Shown: piece after piece, positions 54,606 to 63,792 of the stretch | Numbering within the stretch: the first letter of the stretch is position 1 | Layout of the letters: each line of letters begins with the position of its first letter | NCBI GenBank assembly: GCA_041660165.1 | Contig: JBAZWW010000002.1 | Coordinates: 43,290 to 107,289 of the forward strand | Length of the DNA: 64,000 nucleotides | From: Patescibacteria group bacterium | GTDB taxonomy: Bacteria; Patescibacteriota; Patescibacteriia; UBA9934 | Direction: 5' to 3' | Position numbers and translations under genes: made by a program | Notes under the pieces: generated by a model | What the model was told of the DNA's origin: nothing | Database searches by the model: none | The model's input: the letters and a program-made list of their open reading frames with translations, nothing else

Positions 54606-54863
54606 ATGATTATTCGCATTTTGATCGGCGCGGGTGTTTCGCTTGCTGGTTTGCTTATTGTTTGGAAAACGCAGATCATGCTGGATTCTGTGGGGCCTAT
54701 TGAATGGGCAGAGAAGACGTTTGGCGGGGGAGGGTCTAGGTTGTTTTATAAACTTTTGGGGACGCTGATCATCCTTATCGGCTTCCTGGTAATTACGAAC
54801 CTCTTTAATACTATTGTGGGCGGTGCCGTTTCGTCAGTGTTTGGCGGAGCTAAACAGTACTAG
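54606..54863 (+). CDS. Small membrane protein
   Basis: Two TMs flanking WAEKTFGGGGSRLFYKL. Confidence 0.75.
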   Translation: MIIRILIGAGVSLAGLLIVWKTQIMLDSVGPIEWAEKTFGGGGSRLFYKLLGTLIILIGFLVITNLFNTIVGGAVSSVFGGAKQY

Positions 54864-54865
54864 GT

Positions 54866-55420
54866 ATGGCTGGAAGCGACTTTCTTCATCCCGAACGACT
54901 AATGGACGCTGGTGGCGTTCGTTACGGCATGCACGTTGCAGATATTGGGTCCGGGGCCAGCGGACACCTTGTCTTCCCGCTGGCTGAGAGAGTGGGAGAG
55001 GAGGGGAAGATCTACGCTGTTGATGTCCAGCCCGGGGCACTTGAGATGATTGAGGGTCTTCGCCGGCTGAGAGGGGTACATCATTTGCAGACCGTGTGGG
55101 GCGATGTTGAGGCTGAGAATGGCATCAATATTCCCGAACAATCACTTGATCTGGCCTTCCTTGTGAACACGCTCTGGACGCTGAAGAACCATGCCTTTGC
55201 CATTGAGCAATTGCGCGGGCTGATGAAGAATGACGGCCGGATTGTTGTGCTTGAGTGGAATCCTCAGACCCCGCATCCGCTGGCTCCGCCCAAGGAATTA
55301 CGGCTTTATGATGAGCCGTGCGACGCCCATTTTTCCAAAGGCGGATTTCACCCTGTGGAAGCTTTTCGTTTGAACCCTTGGCAATGGGGCAGGATTTATG
55401 TACCCTCCCGGGCAATATGA
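54866..55420 (+). CDS. Class I SAM-dependent methyltransferase
   Basis: VADIGSGASG, IYAVDV, GRIVVLEW. Confidence 0.85.
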   Translation: MAGSDFLHPERLMDAGGVRYGMHVADIGSGASGHLVFPLAERVGEEGKIYAVDVQPGALEMIEGLRRLRGVHHLQTVWGDVEAENGINIPEQSLDLAFLVNTLWTLKNHAFAIEQLRGLMKNDGRIVVLEWNPQTPHPLAPPKELRLYDEPCDAHFSKGGFHPVEAFRLNPWQWGRIYVPSRAI

Positions 55421-55824
55421 TGAAACTTTTGACCGTCTCTTTCTGGTTCCAGAATCCTCCGCTCGCCATGAGTTCTGCGTTCAATGGCGGTTTCTTTATC
55501 TTCTTTGCTCTTTTGGCCATTGGCGGAGCGTTACTCAGTATTCTGAGCAAGCGCTCGCTCAAGGACGCCTATGATAAGCAAGCGTTCCGCATGAGCGCCG
55601 CCATGATGGGCTGGCTGTCCTTCTTGGGCTTTGTCTGGCTTTTTAACTCTTTTGAGGAAGTGCAGATCTTTGGCGTCAGAGCCTGGTTTCTGCTGTGGGT
55701 GCTTGTGGCCATGGCCTGCATTATCCGCGTGGTGAAGTTTGTGAAAAAGGATGCGCCCAAGCTTCGAGAAACAAATGCGTCGAGGTCTGCGGTGAACGCG
55801 TACTTGCCTCGGAGAGCTCGCTAG
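55417..55824 (+). CDS. Hypothetical membrane protein
   Basis: Three TMs; ends YLPRRAR. Confidence 0.7.
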   Translation: MMKLLTVSFWFQNPPLAMSSAFNGGFFIFFALLAIGGALLSILSKRSLKDAYDKQAFRMSAAMMGWLSFLGFVWLFNSFEEVQIFGVRAWFLLWVLVAMACIIRVVKFVKKDAPKLRETNASRSAVNAYLPRRAR

Positions 55825-55905
55825 TCTCCACCCTGAGGCTAACGCCGAAGGGTCCGACCCTCTCCGCAGTGAGAGCCGGATCCTTCGCTCTCGCTCAGGA
55901 TGGGA
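55825..55905. repeat. REP-like doublet (family A)
   Basis: ccaccctgagg..cgaagggtccg...cggatccttcgctctcgctcaggatgg. Confidence 0.85.
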
Positions 55906-55915
55906 TCTTATACTT

Positions 55916-56272
55916 ATGGTCGAAGTCAGAAGAAGAACCGGAAATCATGGCGAGGATCTAGCTGCGGAGTTTTTGATAAAAAAAGGTTACGAAATTTTGG
56001 ATCGTCAGTTCCTGACTCGATTAGGCGAACTCGATCTCGTGGCCCGTGACGGCCGGGAGATCGTTTTTGTTGAAGTGAAGGCTCGTCACGGCGCCGAGTT
56101 CGGCCACCCCGAAGAATCCGTGACCCCCAGCAAGTTGCGCAAAATCGCCAACACCGCTCAGCTCTACGTTCGCCAAAAAGGCTTGCTCGACATACCCTTT
56201 CGCATTGACGTGATCGCCATTCGGCTCGATCTAAGCCCGATTGAGATTGTGCACTTGGAGAATGTTTCGTAG
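55916..56272 (+). CDS. YraN-family putative endonuclease
   Basis: GEDLAAEFL, GELDLVA, VFVEVK, RIDVIAI. Confidence 0.9.
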   Translation: MVEVRRRTGNHGEDLAAEFLIKKGYEILDRQFLTRLGELDLVARDGREIVFVEVKARHGAEFGHPEESVTPSKLRKIANTAQLYVRQKGLLDIPFRIDVIAIRLDLSPIEIVHLENVS

Positions 56273-56302
56273 ACTCATTGATAGAATGAAAACTGACGGA
56301 GT

Positions 56303-57247
56303 ATGTACATCGTCACAGCCGGCAAGGCCTTTAATGATATAGACGCTTACGGGTGCGCCATTGCTTACGCCGAGTTATTGCGGTTTGAGGGTAAGGAGGT
56401 GAAGGCCGTATTCATTGGACCGCTTAACCACTCGGTAACCCCTCTCGCGATTGAACAGGGAGGAGAGTATTTGGCGCAGTGTTCGCCGACTGCTGATGAC
56501 CGGGTTGTGTACGTTGATCTTTCTGATGCGAGGCATTTTGCGTTTCCCGACCTCAATGAGTCGCAGATTTTTGAAATTTACGATCACCACTACGGCTTTG
56601 AGGACTATTGGGCTCCGCGTTTGGGCGAGCGGTCTCACATTGAACGTGTTGGTGCCGCTGGGACACTAATTTGGGAAGAATTCGTGAAGCGCGGTTTCTC
56701 GAAGAGTATCTCATCTTCAAGCGCGAATCTTCTCGCGCTCGCCATTTTGCAGAATACGTTAAACTTTACTTCTTCGGAGACCAACGGACGCGATCACCAA
56801 GCGTTCGCCGAACTCGCGCAGTACCTGACGATGGCGAGCGGCTGGCAGAAACGGTACTTTGACGAGTGTTCTAAGGGCGTGCATGAGCATTTTGCAGAAA
56901 CACTCGAAAACGACACGAAGAAAATTGAAAAATATTTTGGTGCTCAAGACTTTATTTTCTCGCAGTTGGAGATAACCGAGGAGCCGATTGCGTTCATCGA
57001 TCAGTATAAGGATGAGATCGATGCTTTTTGGTCGATGTTCCCGAATGGTCGTCATCTCATAAACATTGCTGACATCTCATCGAAGACGTCACTTTTGTAT
57101 TCTGATGATGCTCAATGGTTGTTTGAGGCGCTTCGATCAATATTCCCGGAGGTGACCCGAACCTCGGAGTCGTGGATTGAGATTCCGATTCATCAACGAA
57201 AGCAGATATTGAAATTGTTCAATGCGAATCCGATAGCCCACCTCTAG
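56303..57247 (+). CDS. DHH-family phosphoesterase (family II PPase-like)
   Basis: DIDAYG, YVDLSD, IYDHH, VGAAGTLI, AILQNTLNF. Confidence 0.8.
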   Translation: MYIVTAGKAFNDIDAYGCAIAYAELLRFEGKEVKAVFIGPLNHSVTPLAIEQGGEYLAQCSPTADDRVVYVDLSDARHFAFPDLNESQIFEIYDHHYGFEDYWAPRLGERSHIERVGAAGTLIWEEFVKRGFSKSISSSSANLLALAILQNTLNFTSSETNGRDHQAFAELAQYLTMASGWQKRYFDECSKGVHEHFAETLENDTKKIEKYFGAQDFIFSQLEITEEPIAFIDQYKDEIDAFWSMFPNGRHLINIADISSKTSLLYSDDAQWLFEALRSIFPEVTRTSESWIEIPIHQRKQILKLFNANPIAHL

Positions 57248-57271
57248 ATCCTTCGCCTACGCTCAGGATCT
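57233..57271 (-). repeat. REP-like element (family A); supplies stop codon
   Basis: atagcccacctctagatccttcgcctacgctcaggatct. Confidence 0.8.
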
Positions 57272-57374
57272 GATGCACATGAATCCGATCCTAGACTTGC
57301 ACGATTTGGTTCTTATGGTATCCTCTCTGCATAAGAACTCGGCCAGTGGCCGGGTTCGTTGCTTAAATAGAGAT

Positions 57375-58646
57375 ATGTCCAGCCCCATTGAACAAGCCAT
57401 AAGACAGATTTGCGAGGAAAAGGGATTGAGCTATGAGTCCGTCATTGAGACGATTGAGTCGGCTCTCTCAGCTGCTTACCGAAAAGATTTTGGCGATAAG
57501 TATCACAACCTTGAGTCTGAGTTTGATCCGGAGACCGGCGGGGTTCGGGTTTTTGACGTGAAGACGGTGGTTGAGGATATTTCGGAAGAGGAACTCGAAG
57601 AAGTCCGCAAGAAGGAGGCTGAAGAATCCGCTGCGCGTGAAGCCCGCCGAGCTTTGGGCGAGTTCATGCCGGTTGAGGTGCAGTCGCCAACTGATGAAGT
57701 CCCGAAATACAACCCAAAGACCAACGTCATGCTGTCTGAGGCGAAGATTTTGAAGGGCGGATCAAAGGTGGGGGATGTGCTCAGAACAGAGCTGCCAATT
57801 CCTGGCGAGTTCGGTCGTATGGCAGCGATGACCGCCAAGCAGGTCATTACGCAGAAATTGCGCGAAGCAGAGCGCGAAATTATCTTTAGCGAGTTTAAGG
57901 GTGTTGAGGGAACGGTTATTACGGGAACTGTGCAGAGACGCGAGGGACGCATTGTTTTGGTTGACATTGGTAGAACCGCCGGCATCTTGAAGCCGGAAGA
58001 CCAGATGTTGAGCGACCGCTACCGTTCGAACGACCGTTTGCAGGTGTATGTTCGCGAGGTCTCGCTCGGCCCGCGCGGTCCGCAGATTTTGCTGTCCCGC
58101 ACGCATGAGGCGCTCGTCAAGCATTTGTTTGAGGTAGAGATTCCAGAAATCGGCGAAGGCACGGTAGAGATCCGCGCCATTGCTCGCGAAGCTGGGGCGA
58201 GAACAAAGATCGCCGTCTCCTCGAAAGATCCTCAAATTGATCCTATTGGAGCATGTATCGGCCAGCGCGGAACCCGCATCCAGACGGTCATTGCGGAACT
58301 TGCCGGCGAAAAAATTGACATTATTGAATGGAATGACAATCCGAAGGAATTCATTGAGCACGCGCTTGCTCCAGCTAAGGTGGTTGGCGTCAACGTGAAT
58401 GAAGAGGAGCGCACCGCTACGGTGCTTGTCATCCCCGAACAGTTGTCACTTGCCATTGGCCGTGGCGGACAAAACGTCCGTTTGGCTGCTCGGCTGACGG
58501 GCTGGAAAGTGAACATTCAGGAAGTGACGCCTGAAGGAGCGCCAATTGTCACTGCAGAACCCATTGAGGAACCCGCCGGCGAGACGCAAGAAAGCGAGGT
58601 TTCCAACCCCGCCCAGGTTACTGACGTGATACCGAGCGCCGAGTAA
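57375..58646 (+). CDS. nusA: Transcription elongation factor NusA
   Basis: FGRMAAMTAKQVI, LSRTH, EIPEI, AREAGARTKIAV, LSLAIGRGGQNVRLA. Confidence 0.97.
   Translation: MSSPIEQAIRQICEEKGLSYESVIETIESALSAAYRKDFGDKYHNLESEFDPETGGVRVFDVKTVVEDISEEELEEVRKKEAEESAAREARRALGEFMPVEVQSPTDEVPKYNPKTNVMLSEAKILKGGSKVGDVLRTELPIPGEFGRMAAMTAKQVITQKLREAEREIIFSEFKGVEGTVITGTVQRREGRIVLVDIGRTAGILKPEDQMLSDRYRSNDRLQVYVREVSLGPRGPQILLSRTHEALVKHLFEVEIPEIGEGTVEIRAIAREAGARTKIAVSSKDPQIDPIGACIGQRGTRIQTVIAELAGEKIDIIEWNDNPKEFIEHALAPAKVVGVNVNEEERTATVLVIPEQLSLAIGRGGQNVRLAARLTGWKVNIQEVTPEGAPIVTAEPIEEPAGETQESEVSNPAQVTDVIPSAE
58591..58619 (+). repeat. Degenerate family-B REP in-frame in the nusA tail
   Basis: aaagcgaggtttccaaccccgcccaggtt versus aaagcggggtttcaaaccccgcccaggtc at 9425. 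Confidence 0.65.
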
Positions 58647-58649
58647 CGT

Positions 58650-59456
58650 ATGAACATCATTGGCGATATCCTGACCGCGCTCCTGTATCAGCCGATCTAC
58701 AACATGCTGATCTTTGTATATGGCGTTTTTCCCTGGGGTGGATTAGGCCTTGGCATCATCGTTGTCACGCTCGTGATAAAAGTGCTGACGTTGCCACTCA
58801 CGTATAAGTCAATGAAGGCACAGAAGGAACTTCAGGAAATCCAGCCAAAGATTGAAGCCATTAAAGCAAAGTACAAGGGAGACTCTGCCAAGCAGGAAGT
58901 GATGGCCAAGGAACTCATGGGCATCTACAAGCTCCACAACGTAAACCCATTCGCCTCTTGTTTGCCGACTATTCTCCAGTTAGTTGTGTTTATCTCATTG
59001 TTCAAAGCGCTCACGGCGGGCCTAAAATCAGTTGATCTTGGGCTCCTGTATCCGTTTGTTCATGATCCGGGGTTGTTGAGCCATATGTTTTTGGGCATGG
59101 ACTTGGCCCACGTATCCATTCCTCTCGGTATCCTTTCAGCAGGGATGCAATACTTCCAGGCCAAACAAATGGTAGGAAGCCGTCCGCCAAAAGCGGTGAG
59201 ACAGGGGCCGAACGGCTCGGAAGCTATGGATGAAGACATGACCGCTACCATGAACAAGATGACGCTGACCATGTTGCCGATCATGATGCTGGTCATGGGT
59301 GTTACCACGCTTCCGGGCGGTACCACGCTCTACATCTTTGTGAGCACGCTCATCACGTATCTCATGTATATCGTGTTCCTCCAGCCTCCGGCTCCCTCGG
59401 CGAGTACGCCGGCATCAATTGTTGGCGAGATCGTTTCATCAGAGAAGCGCACTTAG
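58650..59456 (+). CDS. yidC: YidC/Oxa1 membrane protein insertase
   Basis: LYQPIYN, IQPKI, VNPFASCLP, hydrophobic core. Confidence 0.9.
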   Translation: MNIIGDILTALLYQPIYNMLIFVYGVFPWGGLGLGIIVVTLVIKVLTLPLTYKSMKAQKELQEIQPKIEAIKAKYKGDSAKQEVMAKELMGIYKLHNVNPFASCLPTILQLVVFISLFKALTAGLKSVDLGLLYPFVHDPGLLSHMFLGMDLAHVSIPLGILSAGMQYFQAKQMVGSRPPKAVRQGPNGSEAMDEDMTATMNKMTLTMLPIMMLVMGVTTLPGGTTLYIFVSTLITYLMYIVFLQPPAPSASTPASIVGEIVSSEKRT

Positions 59457-59461
59457 CACTT

Positions 59462-59535
59462 TCTCCATCCCGAGCTATGCGAGGGATCCGACCTTCACCG
59501 GTGAGGGTCGGATCCCTCCTGTCGTCGGGGTGGGA
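59462..59535. repeat. REP-like doublet (family A)
   Basis: ccatcccgagctatgcgagggatccgacc..ggtcggatccctc..tcggggtgg. Confidence 0.85.
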
Positions 59536-59598
59536 TGAGGCATCGAGGTGTACACAAAGCCCGATGAGTTCGGGCTTTTGTGTTAGAATCGGTTGGCT

Positions 59599-60621
59599 AT
59601 GCACCTCAAGAAGAGACTTTTGAAAACGTTATTTTTCGCTGCAGGGCTTGCTCTGGGCGCCGGCATCTTTGGGGTTTTGATTTATCGCACGGGGACGCAC
59701 GACGTCCTTGTGAGTCTCTTGGCCTTTGGCGTTGTTCCACTTTTGGGCTTTATCGGCATTTCAATTCTTAACTTTGGCGTGTATACCTTTCGTTGGAAGT
59801 TGATTCTGGACCCCATGCTTGCGCCCGAGAAGCGGATTCCGTACTACAAAATGTTTTTGAACCGCATGAGCGGATTTGCCGCGGGCTATCTCACGCCCGC
59901 CGCCCAAGTAGCCGGCGAGCCGATCCGCGTGGCCATGCTTCATGGCGATGGTGTACCGGTGAAAGTGGCTACCAGTTCTGTGGTGCTTGATTTAGCTTTT
60001 GAGATAACTGCTTTTGTGACGTACGTTGCTATGGGCATTGGTTTTGCTCTTGTGCAGGGCCTTGGCACCGGCCCGGGATTATATTGGTCAGTGCTTTTTA
60101 TTTCAGTTTTGCTGGTGTTCATGATTGGTTTTTTTGTAGCAACCATCACAGGCAATGGCTTCTTTCACCACATGCTCAGGGTTTCAAGATTAAGCCGTTA
60201 TAAGGCTATTGCGAGTTTTGAGCATTGGCTCATAGAAACGGAAATTCTGATGAGCGAGTTTTTTGTGGGAAGAACCGTGCGCATCCTGGTCGTTATTGGC
60301 CTGTCCCTCATTATGGCTACGTTTAAGGCGGTTGAAGCTATTTTCATTGCCCACTTCTTTGGGGTGAACATCAAGATCACGGACGCGCTTCTCATGAGTA
60401 CGCTTCCGGGGGTAGCGCTTCTCTTGCCGGTGCCTGCTGGCCTTGGCGTGTATGAGGGAAGCAACACGGCGCTGTTTGACCTTCTGCATCTTCCCATCAA
60501 TCCGGTGGCGTACACGATCGTTATCCGCCTGCGTGACTTTTTGTTCATCGGCATCGGTGTTTGCTACGCTGTGATTCGGGGCGAAGCGTTATTTTTCAAG
60601 AAGTATGACGGAAAGTCTTGA
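59599..60621 (+). CDS. Lysylphosphatidylglycerol-synthase-TM / flippase-like membrane protein
   Basis: FRWKLIL, YLTPAAQVAGEPIR, PAGLGVYE, IRLRD. Confidence 0.85.
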   Translation: MHLKKRLLKTLFFAAGLALGAGIFGVLIYRTGTHDVLVSLLAFGVVPLLGFIGISILNFGVYTFRWKLILDPMLAPEKRIPYYKMFLNRMSGFAAGYLTPAAQVAGEPIRVAMLHGDGVPVKVATSSVVLDLAFEITAFVTYVAMGIGFALVQGLGTGPGLYWSVLFISVLLVFMIGFFVATITGNGFFHHMLRVSRLSRYKAIASFEHWLIETEILMSEFFVGRTVRILVVIGLSLIMATFKAVEAIFIAHFFGVNIKITDALLMSTLPGVALLLPVPAGLGVYEGSNTALFDLLHLPINPVAYTIVIRLRDFLFIGIGVCYAVIRGEALFFKKYDGKS

Positions 60622-61504
60622 GCGATCAATCGTCCGTACCGTTGCCTATTTTTCGCATTTTTCGTATCCGCTGACTTCTTTCGAGGTTTGGAAATGGCTC
60701 CTCATGCCTGAGCGCAAGTATTCTTTGGCCGAGGTCTCTCTTGCACTTGACGAATCTTCATTGCTCGAAAAATCATTATCACGGCATGGAGGATTCATTG
60801 GTCTCGGTAATGTAGAATTACAGGCGAGCGACCGGCGGGACAGGCTGAAGGATGCTCTTCGAAAATATGAGAAATTAAACACTTTTCTGAGGTTCCTCTC
60901 TCGATTACCGTTTATTGAAGGAATCGCCGTTTGTAACTCGCTCGCTTTTCATCACACCACAAGCGAAAGTGATATTGATCTCTATATTGTGACCAAGCCC
61001 AAGAGGACATGGTCCGCCAGACTATGCTCCACTTTTCCCTTGATGCTTTTGAGACAACGGCCGGGAGAGACATTGGTTGACCCCTTGTGCCTCAGTTTTT
61101 TTGCGTCGAGTACGGCTATGAATCTTGAACCCATCAAAATTGCCGAGCAAGATCCGTATTTGGCGTATTGGGCTATGACCCTCATTCCGCTCGTTGACCG
61201 TTCTGGTTGTTATCGGGAATTCGCCGAAATCAACGAATGGGCTCGCGCTGTTTTACCGCATGCTGAGCCGGTGAAACGCGCGCCGGCTTTTCGGCCAATG
61301 ACTCGGCGGGTGTTCATACCCATCCCGCTCAAGGAGGTGCTCGCTCGAAAACTCCAAGAAGATCGTTTTCCGCAAAAGATTCGCTCGCTGATGAATTTGG
61401 ATACTCGTGTGATCGTGAATGAGCACATGCTCAAGTTTCATGATGATGACAGACGCTTAGAGATCGCCTCGGCCCTTGATGAAAAAATGAAAGCCTTCGT
61501 ATGA
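60605..61504 (+). CDS. Putative nucleotidyltransferase-fold protein
   Basis: IAVCNSLA..SDIDLYIVT, LCLSFF, DPYLAYW. Confidence 0.65.
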   Translation: MTESLERSIVRTVAYFSHFSYPLTSFEVWKWLLMPERKYSLAEVSLALDESSLLEKSLSRHGGFIGLGNVELQASDRRDRLKDALRKYEKLNTFLRFLSRLPFIEGIAVCNSLAFHHTTSESDIDLYIVTKPKRTWSARLCSTFPLMLLRQRPGETLVDPLCLSFFASSTAMNLEPIKIAEQDPYLAYWAMTLIPLVDRSGCYREFAEINEWARAVLPHAEPVKRAPAFRPMTRRVFIPIPLKEVLARKLQEDRFPQKIRSLMNLDTRVIVNEHMLKFHDDDRRLEIASALDEKMKAFV

Positions 61505-62814
61505 AACTGGAAAAACAACATGCTTTGACCGTTATTCTCACCGCCTTTGCCTTTCTTCTTCCTTGGCAGGCTAGGTATATGTTTGCGTCAAGTACTATTG
61601 CCGGCTCCGGCACTGAGTACGGCGTGATGAGCGTGTACGTGACGGAAGTATTTTTAGTCCTCGGCCTGTTGCTTGCCTATGGATTCATGGGCTGGCCTAA
61701 GCTTGAAAAAGCGAATAAGACGCCTGCTCTCCGCGCGCTCGTTCTCATTGGCGTTATCGCGCTCAGTGTCATTTTTTCAACGCACCTCAGCTTATCCTCT
61801 GCACTTTTCATCCACCTTTTCTCTGCGCTTGTTTTCTTCTTGGCGCTTCTTGATTCCCGCGTGAACTTGAGGGCGGTTATTGCCGGTTTTTGCGCGGGGC
61901 TTGTTCCCTCAGTCATCCTTGGTTTTTTTCAAGTAATAACTGGAGGGTCCGGTGCTTCAACGCTTCTTGGTCTTGCCTCAAGAGACGCTACCCATCCTGG
62001 TGATGCGGTGATCGTGCTCTCTGGCGGAACGCGGGTACTGCGCGCGTATGGATCTTTCCCGCACCCGAATATTTTTGGCGGATACTTGGCAGTTGGCGCG
62101 GTTGGGTCAGCTATCCTGTATTTGCGTGAAAAGGTTCAATTGAAGAAGAATATTTTCATGGCGGTATTTTTCGTACTCATGTTTGGTTTGCTCCTCACGC
62201 TTTCACGTTCCGCCGCTCTTGGTCTGGCGCTTGGCACTGGTCTTTCGCTTCTGGTCATTCGCATGAAGAACGTTGCTACGGCGCGGATTGCCGTTATCCC
62301 GATTGCCGTTGTGGTGATCGGCATCGCGGTCAGTGCAACGATTTTTGCGCCTGGTTTGGTGGCTGATACTCGGGGCGGGGGAGCCACGGAAGTGCAATCG
62401 CTGGTTGAACGGGGGTCACAGTATGTGGATTTTTTTCACCTGGAAACGGTTGCCACCATCCCGCAACTCTTTATTGGTCATGGCTTTGGCGGATACGTTT
62501 TTGATTTGGCCTCTGAGTATCCGAACCGCAGTGTTTGGGATTACCAGCCCATTCACAGCGTTCCGCTCCTCATCCTTGAGGAAGTTGGCTTGCTTGGTGC
62601 CATCGCGGCCATTTACTGGGCGTCGAGCATTGATAAGATGAACTTTGCCCGCTTCCCTAACCGCGATGCCGTGTCTGCCTTTGCCATGGGCAATGTGGTG
62701 CTAGTCATCCTCTTTTTCGATCATTACTTGTGGTCTTCCTACGCCGGTTTGTGCCTGCTCGCATTCGTGATGGCGTTAACCGTGCGCATGGGCGAAGATG
62801 AGCGTTCTTTATAG
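61501..62814 (+). CDS. O-antigen ligase/Wzy-family membrane protein
   Basis: RAYGSFPHPNIFGG, TLSRSA, QPIHS..EVGLLG, FDHYLW. Confidence 0.88.
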   Translation: MKLEKQHALTVILTAFAFLLPWQARYMFASSTIAGSGTEYGVMSVYVTEVFLVLGLLLAYGFMGWPKLEKANKTPALRALVLIGVIALSVIFSTHLSLSSALFIHLFSALVFFLALLDSRVNLRAVIAGFCAGLVPSVILGFFQVITGGSGASTLLGLASRDATHPGDAVIVLSGGTRVLRAYGSFPHPNIFGGYLAVGAVGSAILYLREKVQLKKNIFMAVFFVLMFGLLLTLSRSAALGLALGTGLSLLVIRMKNVATARIAVIPIAVVVIGIAVSATIFAPGLVADTRGGGATEVQSLVERGSQYVDFFHLETVATIPQLFIGHGFGGYVFDLASEYPNRSVWDYQPIHSVPLLILEEVGLLGAIAAIYWASSIDKMNFARFPNRDAVSAFAMGNVVLVILFFDHYLWSSYAGLCLLAFVMALTVRMGEDERSL

Positions 62815-62818
62815 ACAG

Positions 62819-62944
62819 AGGCCCGAGGAATCATTGACGACAGCTCGGAATAGCATTTTTTGGGAGGCCAATATCCAAAGTATTTTCAGAAAATAGTTTG
62901 GCCGACCGAAAATGCCCGAGCCGAGTCAATGATTCCTCGGGCCT
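62819..62944 (+). ncRNA. Unknown structured element, copy 2 (long bulged hairpin)
   Basis: Perfect 20-bp terminal stem plus inner stems; homologous to the reverse complement of 41864-41992. Confidence 0.7.
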
Positions 62945-62988
62945 TTCCATTTAAAGATTTTCACTATAAGCTTTTCATAGGAGGCATC

Positions 62989-63408
62989 ATGTACTTTCGC
63001 CACAGCCGAGGGATGTGGATTCCGGTGGAGTTAGAGCCGGGAGACCGCGTAGTGGTGGACGGCAAGACGCGCATTTTTCGCGCCGTGAAGTACTTGTCAG
63101 CGCCGAGCCGGGTTCGTCTTGGCCCTTTGCGCAACTTGGCCATGGGCTTGGTACAACCCCGCTGGGAGCGCCTGTGGATGAAGCTGTCAGACGGCCGGCA
63201 CGTGGATCAGCTGGCCCTGCCGGGCACGCTTGATGCTGTCTTCCCTGACGGTGATCAACCGCTCGTCCTCATCAGACGGGTATACGGACCGTTGGCGCTT
63301 GGCGGACAGGCTTTGGAGTGGCGTGAGGACACTGACGCCGGCCGGCGCATCCTCAAACAACGCTCGTGGAGTGCGGGCGTGCGTACCGGTTCCGTGGGTC
63401 CTTCTTGA
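62989..63408 (+). CDS. Orphan hypothetical protein (139 aa)
   Basis: SD aggagg before ATG; GC-rich ORF. Confidence 0.6.
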   Translation: MYFRHSRGMWIPVELEPGDRVVVDGKTRIFRAVKYLSAPSRVRLGPLRNLAMGLVQPRWERLWMKLSDGRHVDQLALPGTLDAVFPDGDQPLVLIRRVYGPLALGGQALEWREDTDAGRRILKQRSWSAGVRTGSVGPS

Positions 63409-63506
63409 GCATCTGCTTGAGGAGGGCCTGTTTCGTTTAAAAAACGCAACGCCGCCCATCGTGGAGACGACGTGCGGCGGACGGAGTAGCGGCGACCGAG
63501 TGGTCG

Positions 63507-63683
63507 CTAGTTGTAGACGTAGATCGTGTACACGGTCTGTCCCTTGCGGACGCGGGTGTAGACGATGACCACCACCAAGGCGGTCACGATAGGGGCCAGG
63601 ATGATCCCGGCCACGTTTTGAATGAACCAGACCGCTGTTTGGGCGGCGATTTCCCACGTGGCGAGAAGTTTTTTTGCGGTCAT
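63507..63683 (-). CDS. Orphan small membrane protein (58 aa) cassette
   Basis: SD ggagg, TTGACA-17-TACAAT promoter, one TM, terminator ~63438-63482. Confidence 0.6.
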   Translation of the reverse strand: MTAKKLLATWEIAAQTAVWFIQNVAGIILAPIVTALVVVIVYTRVRKGQTVYTIYVYN

Positions 63684-63792
63684 TTTTAGACCCTCCAAAT
63701 GGGTGAGATCTCGAATCGTTACAATTAAAATTGTACCACAAAAACGGCCTTTTGTCAAGGCTGTTTTTGTTTATTCATTGCTAATATTAGCC

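Noticed and set aside
57580-57720. Charged insertion in the NusA N-terminal domain
   Set aside because: No repeat or intein signature; appears to be a lineage-typical variable loop
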